A DNA stretch of 64,000 nucleotides from Neoechinorhynchus agilis. Taxonomy: Eukaryota > Animalia > Acanthocephala. The position numbers were made by a program, and so were the translations under genes. The stretch is from the NCBI GenBank assembly GCA_051530055.1, contig CM121341.1, positions 12,006,784-12,070,783 on the forward strand. Reading direction: 5' to 3'. This document shows, in pieces, positions 59,781 through 64,000 of the stretch. The notes under the pieces are model-generated. The model was given only the letters and a program-made list of their open reading frames with translations, was not told where the DNA came from and did no database searches. Position 1 is the first letter of the stretch, and each line of letters opens with the position of its first letter.

Positions 59781-60740
59781 CTACCGTTGCTGATGCAGAA
59801 AAGAAGAAAAAAATTGTCTGATCGGCACTCTTTCTCGTTTATCAGATTGGCTTTCTAATTCGTTTTCATAAACATGCCCATCGCTCAAAACTTTCCAGAA
59901 CTTAACAAGAATACGGATCTGTGAATCGACATTTACATACAAAGTCTGAGCTTCAAAGACGCGTCCATGAAGTAAGCGATTAAGACATCGTTCGTCTCCA
60001 TTAAATTCAGAAAGTCGATTGGTGTCCAAAGTGGATGGGTATGCCATAAATTGCCGACTTTGAAACTGTTTGGGACAAAAGAAGATAAGATCTGTGTGGA
60101 CATGAACGCGACGTCCGAAATCGACTAAATAGACCATAACTTTATCAGAAGTATCGGGCAGATCCTCAAACACTGCTCAACTAAAGTGTCGACCGTTTTT
60201 TACCACGTAAATGGAGCTTAACTCGAAGTTTTTCCGAAAAGCGACCTTACGATTTGCTTCATTCAAAAAATGTTCCTCCATTTTGCGAATAAACGCCCAG
60301 TTGTCTTTGAAATGGCACATTGGCGCGAGGTAAAATTCGCGAGGTAATTCAACGCTGACTACGTAAATGAAAATTTTGGGAAAGAATACGTCCACATTAG
60401 GAAATTTGGCATCAATGTAACTTATTTCGTGAGTTAGGCACGAAATATTCAGGTGATTGAAGTAGTTGACCTCGTTTGTATCCAATTCTTTGTGCTCCTC
60501 GAGAAGCATTGATGATTGCTCAATTGATTGCTGGTCGTTTAATGACAAAGTAAACATGTCAACTTGGGCGTCTTTTCGTGAGATTTTATTGGACGAATTT
60601 TGTTGTTTCGATTCGTGTTTTACATTTTCATCAAGCTTTATTTCAGTTGCAAAGATTTTATTGGACAAATTATGTAGTTTCAGTTCTTGTTTTACTTTTT
60701 CATCAATAGTTGTTTTAGTTGCAGTTTTGTTTCGTGGCAT
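59781..60740 (-). pseudogene. Extended Tudor-domain gene with an in-frame TGA
   Basis: IYVVSVELPREFYL...KNGRHFS*AV...KVMVYLVDFGRRVHV; TGA at 60177-60179 where the Tudor Arg is expected. Confidence 0.7.
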
Positions 60741-60817
60741 GTTGCTAAAAATTCTTCAGAACAATATTGCTTTCAAATAGATCGGTAATATTTTATCGAT
60801 GATGAAGGGGTCTGCCC

Positions 60818-61097
60818 GTGCGAGCTTCGACCCATATTTTTTGCGATAATTTTAATATATTTTTAATAAATAAGGAGGCGAAAATTTCGAAAACGTAATT
60901 ATTCAAATTGCATTTTTAACTGACTTTTGTTTCCGAAAAATCCAGAGAATCTAATTTTTTGCACTTGTCTCAGGATTTTTCGGAAACAAAAGTCAGTTAA
61001 AAATGCAATTCGAATAATTACATTTACGAAATTTTCGCTTCCTTATTTATTAAAAATATATCAAATTATCGCGAAAAATATGGGTCGAAGCTCGCAC
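60818..61097. mobile_element. 280-bp foldback / MITE-like palindrome
   Basis: GTGCGAGCTTCGACCCATA ... TATGGGTCGAAGCTCGCAC; about 125-bp near-perfect arms; no TSD seen. Confidence 0.8.
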
Positions 61098-61496
61098 TTT
61101 ACGATGTTTATGCCTTCCTTGAACACAGAAAACAATTTTTTGTAGCTATGAGTTATTTTACCAAAGGAATTTCTTCGTCGAGTTCAGACCAAAAATCAGC
61201 ACACTAATTTGAGACGCTGAAGAATGGTAATGGACAGAAACAGTCCATTTACGGACATTTCATTGCCAAATTTTATTCCTTCTAAATACAAAAAAAGTGA
61301 AATGCTCAAAATGCATTTGGTTAAAATTAAAATCTTAAATTTTGACATCTTTTGAAAATTCTCTTTATCGTTAGATTTAAAAAGGATTCTATTTTCCGAC
61401 TTGTGAATGATTCGCGTAAATATCTTGGCATTTCCATGGAACACGAATTAAAAAAATTTAAATTAGGTATTTTTTTATTATAAATGCCATGAAATC

Positions 61497-61627
61497 ATTC
61501 ACACTACCGCTCTGGATCACTCAGCTGTCGTCCTGATGTAACGGTCGAAATGACGGATGCAGCGTTCCCTCGTTGCACAGCCAGACTTATGTTTTGTAGG
61601 ATGAATGCTCCTGATCTCTGATCGCCA
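61497..61627 (-). mobile_element. Second copy of the CRE-like 3' terminus
   Basis: Reverse complement closely matches about 45052-45190. Confidence 0.85.
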
Positions 61628-62648
61628 AATCGACCGAAATAATTTCAATAGCTAACTTGTCTTCGACTGAGTCGCAAAGCTAGGTTTCTCTGTCCAAGAA
61701 AAAGTTATTCATGCCTTTTAAATGCTTTCATATTTGAATTTCGCAAACGAGAGTTAGGCCAATGTCCAGAAATTAGTCACACGAAAGCCGCCCTTTTCAT
61801 AATTTCAATTTTTAATGTGTCCCGATAACTTGAATCAAAAGTTTCGAAAATCAGATTAAATCATTCCAAAACTTTGGGTATTGTTCATTACAATTTTTGT
61901 TGGTAAAGTGATAACCAAAACATCCACAAATCCAATTCAAAACATTAAAGAATACTCGTGAAACCTAATGTCAAAACCTAGATGAAATCGTCCAATGCGT
62001 CATAAAATAAATTTTTGTTTTTCTAATAATCGACGAAAATGTGGAAAGTAACTATTCTTTATTCCACGGATTTACAGCGGAAACGGATTTTTTAAATAAC
62101 ATAAATTTGTTCGATGAATTTTTTTGTATGTTATGCTAATTGTTTGAGCGTTTTACTGGTTTTCCGTCTCACGTTGAAGACGTTTCGCAATACACAAAAT
62201 GATATGCTCATTTAACTGAAATTAAGTTCGGCAAACGCATAAATTTGCAATTTCATTGTTAAAACGCATTGCTATTGGCTGAGAAGCAAAATATGCAATG
62301 TCTATCGAGAAATCTTCAGCGCATCACAAAGTATTCAAAAGTTTAAGACATTATTAATCGACACCGAATAAAACAATTACGCATAATGCTTACCCACAAT
62401 CGCATGTGAATTACTCAAGGTCTCAAAGTTATGATTAGAATTTGCTAGCGATTAAAAAATGCCCGCTTGCTGCCTGTATCTTTAATAAAGTTTTAGTTTG
62501 CCAGCGTGATGTGTAGAGCAAACAGGGTGCGATAATCATTCAATTAATTTTCTTATTTTTAAGCCACCATTCTCACGAACACTAAAATTCTCGCATATCG
62601 ACATCCGTATTTATTTACAACTAAAATCTCTACTCAATGGATTCTTAG

Positions 62649-63149
62649 TCATGAAGTCCGTTCCCCAGTCCACTTTCGAATGTATTGTAAGTCCGTATTG
62701 AGCTGTTGTAACATTCTCAATAAGACGGGCGATTGTGACAAGCCAATTAAGTACCAAGTGTAATTTAACATGGCTTCACTTTTAATATTGTTATTGTTAT
62801 TCGTCATTGATGACGGATTAAGCTCAATTTGTTTCACAGTTTTCGATCTTTTGCTTGCCGGTCGTTTATCGCTATCGGTATTGATTTTTCTTTTTCTATT
62901 ACCGGTCGTCATCTCGTCTTTAGCCAGATTTTTTCGTGATCGTCCAGAATGTAGTTTACCGAAAACACTGAAGTCCACAATCTTCCCTAAATCGTCCTTA
63001 AACTTCATCGTAGCTGTTTTTTCCATTTTATCCGTTCCAGGAACGCTACGTAGTAATTCAGGATTACTGTGAATAAATGTTTGTAAATCAAAAGAGGATG
63101 TTGATATCTGCTTTAAGTTGACTTTGTTTGGATCAGTTATATCTTTCAT
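62649..63149 (-). CDS. Orphan ORF with basic NLS-like clusters
   Basis: 166-aa ORF with RKRKIN and KRSK; C-terminal YTWYLIGLSQSPVLLRML; paralog immediately upstream. Confidence 0.5.
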   Translation of the reverse strand: MKDITDPNKVNLKQISTSSFDLQTFIHSNPELLRSVPGTDKMEKTATMKFKDDLGKIVDFSVFGKLHSGRSRKNLAKDEMTTGNRKRKINTDSDKRPASKRSKTVKQIELNPSSMTNNNNNIKSEAMLNYTWYLIGLSQSPVLLRMLQQLNTDLQYIRKWTGERTS

Positions 63150-63469
63150 GATAGTTTATAATATCTGAAGAGAGCTGGAATGTTTGAGTTGGATACAGTT
63201 ATTTGGACAACTGAGCTGCAGATCAATTGAGGATTTTGTTATAAAGTTAGAAAGGGATGAAAGCGTTAACAAAGTATTTCAGTCTTGATAAGAGAGGATG
63301 TAATAGCCGATATCTATAAATATTGATTAACAATCAAATCAATATTAGCAATCACGAATATTTTGATGCCTAATATTTGCAACATCGATTATTTATCATT
63401 GAGGCTCTTTTTTTGGACTGTTGATACTTTACTGGAACAAAATAGTACTTTAATGTTGTCTTTATTTTT

Positions 63470-63900
63470 CAGATCTTCGAGTTTAAGGTGCAGTTTTTTG
63501 GTCCACTTTCGGATGACTTGTAAGTCCGTATTGAGCTATTTCAGCATTCTCAATAAGACGGGCGATTGTATCAAGCCGATTAAATACCAAGTGCAATTAA
63601 ATATGGCTTCACCTTGACACTAGTGGCGGATTAAACTGGATTTGCTAATTTTGCGGTCTTCGATTTTTTCATGAGCGGTTGTTTTCCATGATTATTATTG
63701 ATTTTTCGTTTCCTATTGCCAGGGGTCACCTTGTCATTCTACTCTTCCTAATCAAGATTTTTTCTTTCTATGGTAGCTGCCCTTTTTTGATCAGTGGCTT
63801 CAATGCTTCTAATAACTTGGAATCATTATGAATGAATGGTTGTAAATTAAAGGCGGTGGAGAAGGGCAGCAGTAAAAGTATTCTTATTGAGAAGGAATTC
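63470..63900 (-). pseudogene. Disrupted tandem paralog of the 62649-63149 ORF
   Basis: PFIHNDSKLL, TPGNRKRKINN, FNCTWYLIGLIQSPVLLRMLK*LNTDLQVIRKW; contains a stop and a frameshift. Confidence 0.65.
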
Positions 63901-64000
63901 CTTGTAATGGTGTTTGTGGATGCCGTTAAAAAAGGAGTCAATCAAAACATCAAAAGCTTAAAGGTAACGGGATAGGGATTATCCCTGGGTACCTGGACGT

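Noticed and set aside
41133-60179. Nuclear TGA reassignment suggested by in-frame TGAs in POLD2 and the Tudor gene
   Set aside because: PP2A and COX6B end in TGA at expected positions. The POLD2 case is better explained by compensating small indels, and the Tudor case by CGA>TGA.
62160-62225. Additional hammerhead on the minus strand (TTAAATGAG...GAAACGTC)
   Set aside because: The CTGANGA core has multiple mismatches; at most a dead relic.

Overview
Animal nuclear DNA from a compact genome (many 40-60 nt GT-AG introns). Housekeeping genes alternate with dense transposon debris and five tandem arrays (about 75, 164, 161, 275 and 400 bp units). Genes read by eye: RPL14, a nitrilase-Fhit fusion, a tetraspanin, COX6B-like, PAPST2/SLC35B3, PP2A catalytic subunit, POLD2, a CERT-like START protein, OST3/TUSC3-like, a PKA regulatory subunit, a Tudor-domain gene and several orphans. 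Mobile DNA: a decayed Ty3/Gypsy (Mag-like) element, CR1/L2-like LINE fragments, CRE-like fragments, Penelope-like remnants with hammerhead ribozyme motifs, and a pseudogenised ND4-ND5 NUMT. Best candidate for an undescribed system: introns that are terminal-inverted-repeat (TIR) elements inside coding exons (introner-like). One sits in Nit-Fhit, flanked by a TAG target duplication, and needs non-canonical splicing. One sits in CERT, where the TIRs themselves supply an in-frame GT and AG. Also notable: several minimal hammerhead families, some as palindromic insertions; a 400-bp array that looks like a tandemly amplified exon+intron cassette; and a 9-nt gap between CERT and POLD2. All calls are from manual reading, with no database searches. 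Some regions (e.g. 51.2-52.1 kb) look like unpolished long-read consensus, so isolated stops and frameshifts may be assembly errors.
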